From positions 1 to 51,421 of the forward strand of contig JBIKMV010000001.1 in assembly GCA_044359055.1 (NCBI GenBank): a stretch of 51,421 bases of DNA, in the 5' to 3' direction. The notes beneath the pieces were generated by a model that worked only from the letters and a program-made list of their open reading frames with translations, was not told the DNA's origin and searched no databases. This document shows, piece after piece, positions 19,863-29,535 of the stretch (positions are counted from its first letter, which is position 1; every line of letters begins with the position of its first letter). Source of the DNA: Catalimonadaceae bacterium. Lineage in GTDB: Bacteria; Bacteroidota; Bacteroidia; Cytophagales; Flexibacteraceae. A program made the position numbers and the translations under genes.

Positions 19863-19881
19863 AAACCAGCAATACTTCTCG

Positions 19882-21012
19882 TTGTCAGGACTTTATCTTC
19901 ATATTCCTTTCTGCCGGCAAGCCTGTCATTACTGCGATTTTCATTTTTCTACCAATCTGGAACAAATGGAGCGCATGGTGGATGCCATGTGCCTTGAAAT
20001 GGAAATCAGAAACCGAAACCGGGAGCCCCTTCTGCTGAAAACGATTTACTTCGGAGGCGGAACCCCCTCTGTTCTGCCAGGAAATCTGCTCGAAAAATTA
20101 ATGGACCGGATTCAGCACCTTTTCGGGACGTCTGACCTGAAAGAAATTACCCTTGAAGCCAATCCGGATGACATCCATGCCGACAACCTAACGGCATGGA
20201 AATCACTGGGAATCAACCGCCTAAGTATTGGCTTACAAACCTTCGACAATCTGAAACTCCAATGGATGAATCGGATTCACACATCAGAAGAGGGCATAAA
20301 CAGTGTAAAAAAAGCCAGAGATGCCGGTTTCGAAAACATCAGTCTGGACCTGATGTATCAGCTGCCCGATACCGGAACTGATCAACTGAAAACTGACATA
20401 GAGCAGATAACTGGTCTGAATCCCCGGCACATTTCAGCCTACGGCCTGACCCTGGAGCCGGATACGGCATTCGGAAGATGGCACAAAAAAGGCAGGATAA
20501 TTCCCTTACCCGACGAAAAAGCGGCTGAGCAGTTTCAGTTTCTGGTGGATGTTATGGAAGAAAAGGGCTTTTTCCAATATGAAATTTCCAATTTTTCGAC
20601 CCTAGGTTTTGAGGCTGTCCACAATACGGCCTATTGGTTTCAGAGTCCCTATGTTGGTATTGGACCGGGAGCCCATGGTTTTGACGGCGACAGAACCCGT
20701 TATGAAAACCTGCCAAACAATTCTCTTTACATGAGAAAGCTATTGAAAGAAGGTACGCTTTGCCAGAAAGAAGAATTTCTAAGCCCGGAAGACCAAATCA
20801 ATGAAGCAATTTTGACCCGCCTGCGAACCAAATGGGGCCTGAACCTAAATGAATTGGCCCTGAAGACACGCATCGACCTGAAGACCCTTAAAGCAAATGA
20901 ATTAGAAAAACTCATAAATCAGGGCTTGGTGGTACTTGAGCAAGACAACATACTGCTCAGTAATGCAGGCAAATTGCTGGCAGACCACATTGCGTCCAGG
21001 CTGATGGTTTGA
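19882..21012 (+). CDS. hemW: radical SAM heme chaperone HemW (oxygen-independent coproporphyrinogen oxidase-like)
   Basis: 376 aa. The N-terminus LYLHIPFCRQACHYCDFH carries the CxxxCxxC motif, and a HemN_C-like tail is present. The apparent start is a TTG, with no nearby ATG. Confidence 0.88.
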   Translation: MSGLYLHIPFCRQACHYCDFHFSTNLEQMERMVDAMCLEMEIRNRNREPLLLKTIYFGGGTPSVLPGNLLEKLMDRIQHLFGTSDLKEITLEANPDDIHADNLTAWKSLGINRLSIGLQTFDNLKLQWMNRIHTSEEGINSVKKARDAGFENISLDLMYQLPDTGTDQLKTDIEQITGLNPRHISAYGLTLEPDTAFGRWHKKGRIIPLPDEKAAEQFQFLVDVMEEKGFFQYEISNFSTLGFEAVHNTAYWFQSPYVGIGPGAHGFDGDRTRYENLPNNSLYMRKLLKEGTLCQKEEFLSPEDQINEAILTRLRTKWGLNLNELALKTRIDLKTLKANELEKLINQGLVVLEQDNILLSNAGKLLADHIASRLMV

Positions 21013-21032
21013 ACTTGCCAACTCAATTTACT

Positions 21033-21040
21033 TAGCTTTG
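21033..21040 (+). promoter_or_regulatory. candidate -7 promoter box (TAGCTTTG) for asnS
   Basis: Exact TAnnTTTG match 30 nt upstream of the asnS ATG. Confidence 0.45.
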
Positions 21041-21069
21041 CGGCACCATTTCGACAAAATTAAAGCATA

Positions 21070-22458
21070 ATGAAAAGAGAGAAAGTAGCTGATGTACTTC
21101 TAAATCAGGAAATCGGTAAAGAGATTCTGGTTAAGGGTTGGGTTAGAACAAAAAGAGGAAATAAAAATGTGGCCTTTATCGCCCTGAACGACGGCAGTTC
21201 TTTTCATAATCTTCAACTTGTAGCAGATATTGCCCAAATTGGTGAAGAGTTGCTAAAGCGCATTTCTACAGGCGCCTGCATCTCGGCAAAGGGAAAAGTT
21301 GTGGCTTCTCAGGGTTCGGGACAGGCAGTAGAAATTCAACTTGCATCGGTTGAGATTTTGGGCGAAGCAGACCCGGAAACCTATCCATTGCAGAAAAAGG
21401 GCCATTCGCTGGAATTCTTAAGGGAAATAGCTCACCTCCGTTTTCGGACCAACACTTTTGGTGCCGTATTCAGGATTCGGCATGCTATGGCTTTTGCCAT
21501 TCACAGGTTCTTCAACGATAAAGGATTTTTTTACATCCACTCCCCCATCATCACAGGGTCTGATGCAGAAGGGGCAGGAGCTATGTTCCGGGTTACTACC
21601 CTCGATCCGGGCAATGCACCAAAAACCAAGAGCGGAGAAGTGCATTATGAAGAGGACTTTTTTGGTCGGTCCACGCACTTAACTGTTTCAGGGCAACTCG
21701 AAGCAGAGCTGGCAGCCATGGCCCTGGGTCAGGTCTATACTTTTGGTCCCACATTCCGTGCCGAAAACTCAAATACTTCCCGGCACTTGGCTGAATTCTG
21801 GATGATAGAACCCGAAGTGGCTTTCAACGAACTGGAGGAAAATATGGACCTGGCCGAAGAAATGCTGCAATACCTGGTGCAGTATGCCCTGGACCATTGC
21901 ACCGACGACCTAGCTTTCCTCCATCAGCAATACGACAATGGCCTGATTGACAGATTAAAGTTTGTGGTAGCCAATAAGTTTGAGCGTCTGAGCTATACCG
22001 AGGCAGTGGAAATCCTGAAAGCTTCCAAGGCCAAATTTGAATTTCCGGTTGAATGGGGAACAGACCTGCAATCGGAACATGAGCGCTATCTGGTAGAGCA
22101 ACATTTTAAAAAACCGGTAATCCTTACCCATTACCCCAGGGAAATAAAAGCCTTCTACATGAAGCAAAACGATGATGGCAAAACGGTGCGGGCCATGGAT
22201 GTTTTGTTTCCGGGCATCGGAGAAATTATCGGGGGCTCGCAGAGGGAAGAAAACTACGACAAGCTCCTCAAGCGGATGGAAGAAATGCACATCCCGGCTG
22301 AGGAGCTTAACTGGTATCTGGACACCCGCAAATTCGGCACCTGTCCCCATGCCGGTTTCGGACTTGGCTTTGAGCGCCTGATTTTGTTTGTGACCGGGAT
22401 GTCGAATATCAGAGATGTGATTCCCTTCCCCAGAACGCCCCAGAACGCCGAATTTTAG
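21070..22458 (+). CDS. asnS: asparagine--tRNA ligase
   Basis: 462 aa with an OB-fold N-terminal domain and class IIb motifs ([30 protein letters not shown]). Confidence 0.96.
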   Translation: MKREKVADVLLNQEIGKEILVKGWVRTKRGNKNVAFIALNDGSSFHNLQLVADIAQIGEELLKRISTGACISAKGKVVASQGSGQAVEIQLASVEILGEADPETYPLQKKGHSLEFLREIAHLRFRTNTFGAVFRIRHAMAFAIHRFFNDKGFFYIHSPIITGSDAEGAGAMFRVTTLDPGNAPKTKSGEVHYEEDFFGRSTHLTVSGQLEAELAAMALGQVYTFGPTFRAENSNTSRHLAEFWMIEPEVAFNELEENMDLAEEMLQYLVQYALDHCTDDLAFLHQQYDNGLIDRLKFVVANKFERLSYTEAVEILKASKAKFEFPVEWGTDLQSEHERYLVEQHFKKPVILTHYPREIKAFYMKQNDDGKTVRAMDVLFPGIGEIIGGSQREENYDKLLKRMEEMHIPAEELNWYLDTRKFGTCPHAGFGLGFERLILFVTGMSNIRDVIPFPRTPQNAEF

Positions 22459-22472
22459 AGTTCAGGAGAGGA

Positions 22473-23249
22473 ATGAAACATTTACAGGATGGGGGCCCTC
22501 AGGAAATATTAAAAATCGCCCTGGTTCAGGCCGATACCAGACACGGTTCCATTTCCGGCAACCTTGCCCATCTGGAAGAATTGCTCGAAAACAGCAGAGA
22601 TGCAGCCGATATCTACCTTTTGCCCGAACTTTTCAATACCGGATATGAAAAAGCTTTTCATACAAGACCGGAGGCATTTGGCCTGGAAACAACCCGTTGG
22701 ATGAAGCTGATTGCTATGCGAAAAAAAGCCGCCATCTGCGGTTCTCTGGCCATTGCCGAAGGTGGCAAAACCTTCAACCGAATGCTTTGTGTTCTTCCAG
22801 ACGGCTCTCATTTTCAGTATGATAAGGTAAATGTTTTCAAATTTTCGGGAGAAGACAAAGTTTTCAGCGCCGGAACCACCCTGCCTGTTTTTTCTTTTTT
22901 GGGCTGGCGTATTAAGCCCATTATTTGCTTTGACCTCCGCTTTCCAGAAACTGTAAGAAATCAGGCTCCCCACTATGATGTCATACTTTGCTCAGCCCAC
23001 TGGCCTTCTCCAAGGATAGAAGCATGGGACAAATTACTGATGGCAAGAGCGATTGAAAATCAGGCGTATATGGCAGCCGTCAACCGTTTCGGCAGAGAAG
23101 GCCAGGCGGAATATCCGGGGCACTCGGCAGGGATTGATTTTCTGGGCAAACCGGCTTTCCCCGTATTGATGAAGGAAGAAATCAAGGTATTCACCTGCTC
23201 GCATCCGGATTTGTCCGAATTCAGAAAGAACTTTCCCTTTTTGCCCTAA
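22473..23249 (+). CDS. carbon-nitrogen hydrolase family amidase (YafV/omega-amidase-like)
   Basis: 258 aa carrying the nitrilase-superfamily Glu, Lys and Cys context (LLPELFNTGY, ICFDLRFPE). Confidence 0.85.
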   Translation: MKHLQDGGPQEILKIALVQADTRHGSISGNLAHLEELLENSRDAADIYLLPELFNTGYEKAFHTRPEAFGLETTRWMKLIAMRKKAAICGSLAIAEGGKTFNRMLCVLPDGSHFQYDKVNVFKFSGEDKVFSAGTTLPVFSFLGWRIKPIICFDLRFPETVRNQAPHYDVILCSAHWPSPRIEAWDKLLMARAIENQAYMAAVNRFGREGQAEYPGHSAGIDFLGKPAFPVLMKEEIKVFTCSHPDLSEFRKNFPFLP

Positions 23250-23728
23250 TTCAGGCCGGATTTTGCCATAAATTCATCCATCAGGATGACATCGCGAAGA
23301 TCCTGAGGCCTTCCTGACAGCACTTTCAGCTCTCGTAAATCCACCAAAGAAAGGATGGGTATGGGAATATCTTCCACTTCAAAAACCAAGGCCCTTGCTG
23401 CACATTCCCCGAAGCGGAATCGATAATGAACATGGGTCAAAAACTCAATAGGCCCTTCTATTCCAAAAAAGAAGGGATCTTTTTCAGGTAGATTTTATAA
23501 AAATTGAAGGTTTTTTTCATCGTACTGCATTTGAAGCAGAATTTGCTTCAGCTTTAGAAAATTTAATTTTTCAGGTTTTATCCAAATGTCACTATCTACT
23601 GTGTTTTGCAGGATTTTGTGAAAATTCAATGCCAGCCCACCTATTACCAGATACTGCAATCTCTCCCTATGGGCCAGCCGGGCAAAATCCCAAAAAGCTG
23701 CTGAATTTATTTCTCCCCAGGTTTCCAA
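23246..23728 (-). pseudogene. nucleotidyltransferase-fold protein gene interrupted by one in-frame TAA
   Basis: Track ORFs 23495..23728 and 23246..23440 are in the same frame. The 18 codons between them are open, and the only break is the TAA at 23495-23497. The joined 160-codon product reads ...LQYLVIGGLALNFHK..NTVDSDIWIKP...[stop]...IPILSLVDLRELKVLSGRPQDLRDV.., which resembles small minimal-NTase proteins. Confidence 0.6.
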
Positions 23729-23913
23729 ATCACAATTTTTTTTCCTTTTGTTCTTTTCTGGGCTTCGGTTTCACCGAAGGTTTTGGTATGCCAGGCTTTA
23801 TAGGCTTCGTGGTATTCTAAAATCTGAAGGGGAGTCCAGTCTTTTGCCAGTAAGATTTGGTCTTCATGGGGCTGACCCGGGTGCGAGAAAAAAGTAATTT
23901 TCTTTTTTGGCAT
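23707..23913 (-). CDS. hypothetical 68-aa protein overlapping the NTase-like gene start
   Basis: The internal ATG at 23911-23913 (MPKKKITFFSHPGQPHEDQILLAKDW...) lies downstream of a strong terminator. Its stop overlaps the next gene's ATG by 22 nt. I recognise no family. Confidence 0.35.
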   Translation of the reverse strand: MPKKKITFFSHPGQPHEDQILLAKDWTPLQILEYHEAYKAWHTKTFGETEAQKRTKGKKIVIWKPGEK

Positions 23914-23971
23914 GCTCAAATAAAAAAGGTGTCCCGGTTTCTTTTGGATTTTCGCCTTCTTTTTCTTGCCC

Positions 23972-24009
23972 CAAAAATAAAAAAGACCCTTTTGTGGAGG
24001 GCCTTTTTG
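23972..24009 (-). terminator. rho-independent terminator after the 479-aa gene
   Basis: The minus strand reads AGGCCCT-CCACAAA-AGGGTCT (23998-24004 paired with 23984-23990, one G-U pair), followed by TTTTTTATTTTT. Confidence 0.7.
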
Positions 24010-24028
24010 GATACGGATGTTTCGGAAC

Positions 24029-25468
24029 TCAGGACAATCTCGAAATAAACCGCTCGTCCATCCGGATGTGTTTGATGGCGGAGAAATGCGGAATTTCAAT
24101 AAACCTGAGTTTATCGATGAGACTTTTGATTTTGGCCGGTTTGGTTTTCTTATTTTCACCCAGCGATGTCTTCAGAATCTTGATAAAAATCTGAACATGG
24201 TCCGAATTGGACTTATCCGAAATCCGGATCGAACGCTGTATGCTGTTCACACACTGGTTGAACAGATCATAGTCGTTCAGCAGACAATACTGCAACGCCA
24301 GAAAAAGCTTGATTTCAATCTGAGCCTGAGGATACCTTTTAAGGCTGAGGTCATTGAGCAGGTTGTTCAGATAGCGGGCAGCTTCATCGTATTTTTCGGC
24401 ATAGTAGCAGGAAGCAGAGCGGTAAAAGATATAAATGATATGGCGGGGGATATCATTCAGATCAACTTCGTAATCGGCAAAAAGCGTTTTATTTTCTTCA
24501 TACAGCGCATTTTCCATTTCCATTCTGACAGCACGGTCTGACTTTGAGAGCAAAAACTGTGGCGGGAAAGTGTACAGGTTGTAATTCGAAAGCAGCAGTG
24601 CGGCGTTGAAGTTTACCTCATCAAAGTACCTTTCGGCCTTGCGGAATACTTTATAGAAGTTATAGTACTCCAATTTAAGGAATTCAAAAACCACATTGAG
24701 ATTGTAATAGATGGAATCCCGACTGTAGTCTTCAAATATTTTCTCCACATTCTGAAGGATATCTTCAATGGGCTCTTCGTCCTCGTTGTCGGTTTCCCGG
24801 GTGTCCACAAAAAGGCGGTGGTAAATATTCACCAAACTGAAATAGACAAAGAGCCGGTGGGATTTGTAAAGATTGCAGACATTGGAGATTTCTTTGAACA
24901 AGACCTGCAATCCGAATTTTTCCACATCCGAACCACTGAGAAAGTACTGGCCGTACTTCTTAAAATATTCAGCCACAAGATCTTCTGCCTTATCCATGGC
25001 CAGCATATAGGCAATGTGCCTATTGTATTGTTGACTGTAAGCAAAGTGATCAGGGGTGTTCAGATGCAGTTTCTTCAGGGTTTTGTATACAATGGTGAGC
25101 TCATTGGCCAGGTCGTAATCAAGCAGTTCCTTTTCCAGTTTTTTGAGGGTTGCGGTGGCGATGGCCCTTTTTTTAGAGAAAACCACATCGTTGATGTTGG
25201 CTACCTTTTTCAGAAGGTCAGTCCTCGGACTTTCCATCTGCGCCAGCAGGTATTCCTCAATCTTCTGGTTCAGCCGCGAGCGCAGGGTATAATAGGCATT
25301 GGTGTTTACATCAAGTTCTTCCATCACCTTGGCATCACTCATTTGCCTTTCGCGGATAAATTTGAGAAGGTGGGCAGACTTCTCTGCGTTGCTTTGCATG
25401 AGGGAATCATGAATCGATTGATAATCAGAAGCAGAGAGCTGTTTGATGATGTTTTTCAACTTGGCCAT
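24029..25468 (-). CDS. uncharacterised helical protein with N-terminal HTH-like segment
   Basis: The 479-aa ORF is strongly favoured over its antisense shadow. The N-terminus MSDAKVMEELDVNTNAYYTLRSRLNQKI looks like a helix-turn-helix. The remainder is helix-rich, with many Y/L/N/E residues, and resembles TPR-type repeats. Confidence 0.75.
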   Translation of the reverse strand: MAKLKNIIKQLSASDYQSIHDSLMQSNAEKSAHLLKFIRERQMSDAKVMEELDVNTNAYYTLRSRLNQKIEEYLLAQMESPRTDLLKKVANINDVVFSKKRAIATATLKKLEKELLDYDLANELTIVYKTLKKLHLNTPDHFAYSQQYNRHIAYMLAMDKAEDLVAEYFKKYGQYFLSGSDVEKFGLQVLFKEISNVCNLYKSHRLFVYFSLVNIYHRLFVDTRETDNEDEEPIEDILQNVEKIFEDYSRDSIYYNLNVVFEFLKLEYYNFYKVFRKAERYFDEVNFNAALLLSNYNLYTFPPQFLLSKSDRAVRMEMENALYEENKTLFADYEVDLNDIPRHIIYIFYRSASCYYAEKYDEAARYLNNLLNDLSLKRYPQAQIEIKLFLALQYCLLNDYDLFNQCVNSIQRSIRISDKSNSDHVQIFIKILKTSLGENKKTKPAKIKSLIDKLRFIEIPHFSAIKHIRMDERFISRLS

Positions 25469-25542
25469 ACTGGGTAGGAGGGTAAAGATTTAAAGCTAAT
25501 TATTTGCTGAAAAAAGTTGCGGCAATATAGGGGAATTCTGAA

Positions 25543-25557
25543 TTTCCAAATTGGAAA
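25543..25557. promoter_or_regulatory. perfect 7-1-7 inverted repeat TTTCCAA-A-TTGGAAA in a divergent intergenic region
   Basis: Read directly from the sequence. It lies 75 nt upstream of the 479-aa gene start and 145 nt upstream of the LMW-PTP start, and is followed by A8 and T10 runs. Confidence 0.35.
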
Positions 25558-25701
25558 AAAAAGAAAGATTTTTTTTTTAATTCTTTTTGATTATCAGCAA
25601 ATTGACTTTTTAATAATTTTCAAAATAGTCACCGGCCGAGGGAAAAAATTTGTCAGAAAAGACAAGAATTTGACTAACATTGCCCCAATAAAAACGCATT
25701 C

Positions 25702-26214
25702 ATGCAACAAAAAATCCTGTTCGTTTGCCTTGGAAATATTTGCCGCTCTCCGCTGGCCGAAGCCATTTTCAAAAAGCAGATTGAAACCCGTGGTTTAATC
25801 GGGAAATACGAGGCCGACAGCTGCGGCACTTCTGATTTTCATATCGGAGAACGCCCCGATGCCCGCACCATCCGAAATGCCCGATATCATGAAATAGAAC
25901 TGGATCATCTGGGCCGGCAACTCAGTATTCAGGACTTTTCCCAATTCGATCTGATTCTGACAATGGACAGGGCCAACCATCAGCATGCCCTTGAATTGTC
26001 TTCAAAAGCACAAATGAAAAGTGCTGAAATCCGGATGATACGGAGTTTCGATCCGGAATCCTTTGGTGTTCAGGATGTGCCGGATCCCTGGTATGGAAAT
26101 GAAGAAGGATTTGAGGAGGTTTTTCAGATTCTCTGGCGTTCCTGCGAAACCCTCATCAATGATCTGGAACTTCAGAAGCCCAAATCCCAGCGGTCGCACA
26201 TATCCTCTCTGTAA
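25702..26214 (+). CDS. low-molecular-weight protein-tyrosine phosphatase
   Basis: 170 aa with the P-loop CLGNICRSP (CX5R-S) at the N-terminus and a DP motif (DPWYG). Confidence 0.92.
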   Translation: MQQKILFVCLGNICRSPLAEAIFKKQIETRGLIGKYEADSCGTSDFHIGERPDARTIRNARYHEIELDHLGRQLSIQDFSQFDLILTMDRANHQHALELSSKAQMKSAEIRMIRSFDPESFGVQDVPDPWYGNEEGFEEVFQILWRSCETLINDLELQKPKSQRSHISSL

Positions 26215-26235
26215 ATCACTGAAAAACAGATTTTT

Positions 26236-27312
26236 ATGGGCGCTGCGGTTCCTTCCGTACTGCTGGTTTGGGACAGAATAGGTGACTACCATGCAGCCCG
26301 GTTTCGGGCCCTGGAGAAAATATCAGGCAGCCATGTTCTGATTGCTGATCTGGGCCGAAAAGACAATCTGTATGGATGGGAAAACCCGCTTCAAAACCAC
26401 AAAGGATACATATCTCTTTCTGAAAAGCCGGTTGAACAGCCGGATTTTCTGAACCGCATCCGGGCCTTTACTTGCCTGCTAAGAAGCCGGAATATTAGAG
26501 TGGTGGGTCTGGCAGGATACGGAAGACCAGAATATCTTGCCTTCCTTTTGATTTGTAAAGTACTGAATATCAAAGTTATTCTGTTTGCCGAATCCTGGTA
26601 TGGAAACAAAAAGGTGCCAAATTTTTTGAAAGGAAAATTTCTTGCCCATACCTGCCACGGCTTTCTGGTTTCGGGCCTGAAGGCCAAAGAGCACTTTGAA
26701 AAAAAACTGGGACTGAATCCGGAAAAAATCCGCACCGGCTACTCGGTGGTGGACAACGATCATTTCGCCGAACAGGCCAATCCCGGCGGGAATACCATGC
26801 TGCTCTGCGTAGCAAGGTTCAGTCCTGAAAAAAATCTCCTCCGGTCGATCCGGGCTTTCAAAAAATCAGAATTGGCAGCAGAATGGACCTTGAAACTGGT
26901 TGGAGGTGGACCGCAAAAACAGGAACTGGAGCAGGAAATCGGAGATTTTCCCGGAATTGTACTTTCAAACTGGCTTCCTTATTCTGATTTGCCTTCTCTG
27001 TTCAGGCAGGCAGGATTTTTTATTTTGCCCAGCATTTTCGAACCCTGGGGCCTTGTGATCAATGAAGCGATGGCAGCAGGATTGCCCATTGCCGTTTCCC
27101 GGGAAGTAGGTGCCGGTCCGGACCTGGCAGGAGAATGCAATGGATTTTTGTTTGAAGCATCAGACGAGGATTCGATTCGAAACTGCCTGAACCAAATCGG
27201 ACAACTGAGTCCTGACCAAAGAAACGAAATGGGAGATAAAAGCAAATCCCTGATATCAGAATTCACCCCCCCCATCTGGGCAGAAAGGTTTCTGGAGCTT
27301 GCAAACAAATAA
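26236..27312 (+). CDS. glycosyltransferase family 4 (GT-B fold)
   Basis: 358 aa with the C-terminal-domain motif FILPSIFEPWGLVINEAMAAGLP (EX7E type). Confidence 0.85.
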   Translation: MGAAVPSVLLVWDRIGDYHAARFRALEKISGSHVLIADLGRKDNLYGWENPLQNHKGYISLSEKPVEQPDFLNRIRAFTCLLRSRNIRVVGLAGYGRPEYLAFLLICKVLNIKVILFAESWYGNKKVPNFLKGKFLAHTCHGFLVSGLKAKEHFEKKLGLNPEKIRTGYSVVDNDHFAEQANPGGNTMLLCVARFSPEKNLLRSIRAFKKSELAAEWTLKLVGGGPQKQELEQEIGDFPGIVLSNWLPYSDLPSLFRQAGFFILPSIFEPWGLVINEAMAAGLPIAVSREVGAGPDLAGECNGFLFEASDEDSIRNCLNQIGQLSPDQRNEMGDKSKSLISEFTPPIWAERFLELANK

Positions 27313-27534
27313 AGACCTCTGTACCCCTCGTTTGTGGTGGCCACAAAATAAATTACCTTAAAAAAAACAGCCTTTTTCAACAGTTCAGAGACTCCAGCCG
27401 AATCCGGAGATATTTATACAAACCGTGGCACCTTTTACGGCCAGGCTTTTGGTAACTGATTATTTTTAAACTCCGACCTGTTGAATTTGGTTATCCTTTC
27501 AGCCCTGTATTTCATATTTGCAATCTCATTCTGA

Positions 27535-29526
27535 ATGATGGAAACCAACTATCCGGCCTACTGCCCCAGTCTCACGGCTTACCGCCGCCGAAAGACTATT
27601 GATGTGAAAATCGGGGATGTTTGGATGGGCTCAAATTTCCCCATACGGGTGCAAAGTATGACCACGGTAGATACCATGGATACCGAAGGAACGGTAAAAC
27701 AGTCCATCCGGATGATTGAGGCCGGCTGCGAACTCGTCAGGATTACAGCCCCGAGCGTGAAAGAAGCTCAGAATCTGGAAAACATCAGAAATGAACTCAG
27801 GCGGCAGGGATACCAAACTCCATTGGTTGCCGATATTCACTTTACCCCGAATGCTGCTGAAATAGCCGCCCGGATTGTGGAAAAAGTCCGGATTAACCCA
27901 GGCAACTATGCCGACAAAAAGAAATTCGAAACCATCGAATATACCGATTCCGGATATCAGGCAGAGCTGGCAAGAATCAGGGAAAAATTCCTTCCTTTGG
28001 TTCATATCTGCAAAGAATACGGAACAGCCATGAGGATCGGGACCAACCACGGTTCACTGTCTGACAGGATTTTAAGCCGTTATGGCGATACCCCGCTGGG
28101 CATGGTGGAATCGGCCCTGGAGTTTATCCGCATCTGCGAAGCCGAAAACTACTTCAACCTTGTCATCTCAATGAAGGCCAGCAATACCCGGGTGATGGTG
28201 CAGGCCTACCGGCTTCTTGTTCAGAAACTGGACGAGGAAGGTCTGAAGCCCTATCCCCTGCACCTGGGTGTGACGGAAGCAGGCGAGGCCGAAGACGGTC
28301 GCATAAAATCTGCGGTAGGGATAGGTACGCTGCTGGAAGAAGGACTCGGAGATACTGTCAGGGTATCGCTTACCGAAGAGCCCGAATATGAAATTCCGGT
28401 GGCCAAGGCATTGGTAGAAAGGTATAAAAACCGTGAAAACCATGCAGCAATTCCTGAAATTGCACATTACCCGATAGACCCTTTTCAGTATTTCAAGAGA
28501 CCCACAGCCGAGGTTTTTAATCTGGGAGGAAAAAATGTTCCCAGGGTGATTGCAGATTTTTCTTCCTTTGAAATAAAGGATAAAAAACAGCTCAAAGCCA
28601 TTGGGCACCACTACCTGCCGGAGCCCGACAAATGGCATCTCGATGATCAGGGAGCCGATTTTATCTATGCTGGAAGCCACAGCATCCCTTTTATGGTGGC
28701 CAACGGGACCCGGGTGATTTACCTTTACGAAACCTGGAAAAATAAGCAGGACCGGAAAAATTGTTTTCCTGCTTTTTCGCTTTCTGATATCAGGGCAGGG
28801 AATGCTGACTTTCACAAGGAAGCCAACTTTGTACTTATAAAGGCAGAAGAAGCCAGTCCCTCAATTTTGAAACAATTCGCCACAATTCCGCATCCGGTTT
28901 TGATTTTATCGTCTGACAATGAACACCGTATGGCAGCCATGCGCCGCTTTTTCGTGGAGCTCATGAACAAAAATCTGAATATGCCTGTTTTGATTTGCGG
29001 AGCATATCCGGAATCATCAGAGTCTGATTTACAGCTTTTTGCCTCAACAGATATGGGCGGATTGCTCACCGACGGACTGGGAGACGGAATTATGCTGGGA
29101 TGGAGCCAAGCCCGGAGTATTGAAGATCAGAAAGAAATCAGGATTGTAAACCAGCTTGCTTTCGGGATTTTACAGGCAGCCCGCACCCGGATGTCGAAAA
29201 CGGAGTACATCTCCTGCCCCAGTTGCGGGCGTACACTTTTCGACCTGCAGGAAACCACCGCCATGATACGCAAGCGAACCGATCATCTGAAGGGGGTGAA
29301 AATTGGCATTATGGGCTGCATCGTCAATGGCCCGGGCGAAATGGCGGATGCCGATTATGGCTATGTAGGCGTAGGAAAGGACAAAATTGCGCTTTACAGG
29401 GGTCAGAATGTGGTGAAAAAGGCTGTGCCGTCTGCTTCGGCAGTTGATGAACTGATAGACCTGATCAGAGAAGACGGAAAATGGACTGAAACTGAAGTCC
29501 ACATCGTTTCCGGTTCGGATATTTAG
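27535..29526 (+). CDS. ispG: 4-hydroxy-3-methylbut-2-en-1-yl diphosphate synthase IspG (long form with inserted domain)
   Basis: 663 aa with a TIM-barrel N-terminal domain (VQSMT, VRITAP), a large central insert, and the C-terminal Fe-S domain ligands CPSCGR ... GCIVNGPGE. Confidence 0.95.
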   Translation: MMETNYPAYCPSLTAYRRRKTIDVKIGDVWMGSNFPIRVQSMTTVDTMDTEGTVKQSIRMIEAGCELVRITAPSVKEAQNLENIRNELRRQGYQTPLVADIHFTPNAAEIAARIVEKVRINPGNYADKKKFETIEYTDSGYQAELARIREKFLPLVHICKEYGTAMRIGTNHGSLSDRILSRYGDTPLGMVESALEFIRICEAENYFNLVISMKASNTRVMVQAYRLLVQKLDEEGLKPYPLHLGVTEAGEAEDGRIKSAVGIGTLLEEGLGDTVRVSLTEEPEYEIPVAKALVERYKNRENHAAIPEIAHYPIDPFQYFKRPTAEVFNLGGKNVPRVIADFSSFEIKDKKQLKAIGHHYLPEPDKWHLDDQGADFIYAGSHSIPFMVANGTRVIYLYETWKNKQDRKNCFPAFSLSDIRAGNADFHKEANFVLIKAEEASPSILKQFATIPHPVLILSSDNEHRMAAMRRFFVELMNKNLNMPVLICGAYPESSESDLQLFASTDMGGLLTDGLGDGIMLGWSQARSIEDQKEIRIVNQLAFGILQAARTRMSKTEYISCPSCGRTLFDLQETTAMIRKRTDHLKGVKIGIMGCIVNGPGEMADADYGYVGVGKDKIALYRGQNVVKKAVPSASAVDELIDLIREDGKWTETEVHIVSGSDI

Positions 29527-29535
29527 TTTGGTATC

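Noticed and set aside
24818-25477. A 219-aa plus-strand ORF lies antisense to the 479-aa gene. Similar long antisense ORFs occur at 3420-3992, 7349-7957, 28168-28815, 40758-41339, 47187-41 and 49795-50436.
   Set aside because: Each lies entirely inside a longer, well-supported gene on the opposite strand and has no recognisable motifs. They are typical shadow ORFs.
25702-27312. The LMW protein-tyrosine phosphatase and GT4 glycosyltransferase pair was considered as a fragment of a capsule or EPS locus.
   Set aside because: There are only two genes. No Wzc-type kinase, Wza, flippase or polymerase is adjacent, so this is not enough to call a polysaccharide locus.
27331-27347. A hairpin (TTTGTGG-TGG-CCACAAA) after the GT4 gene was considered as a terminator.
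   Set aside because: It has a 3-nt loop and no downstream U-tract on the plus strand, so the evidence is too weak to call.
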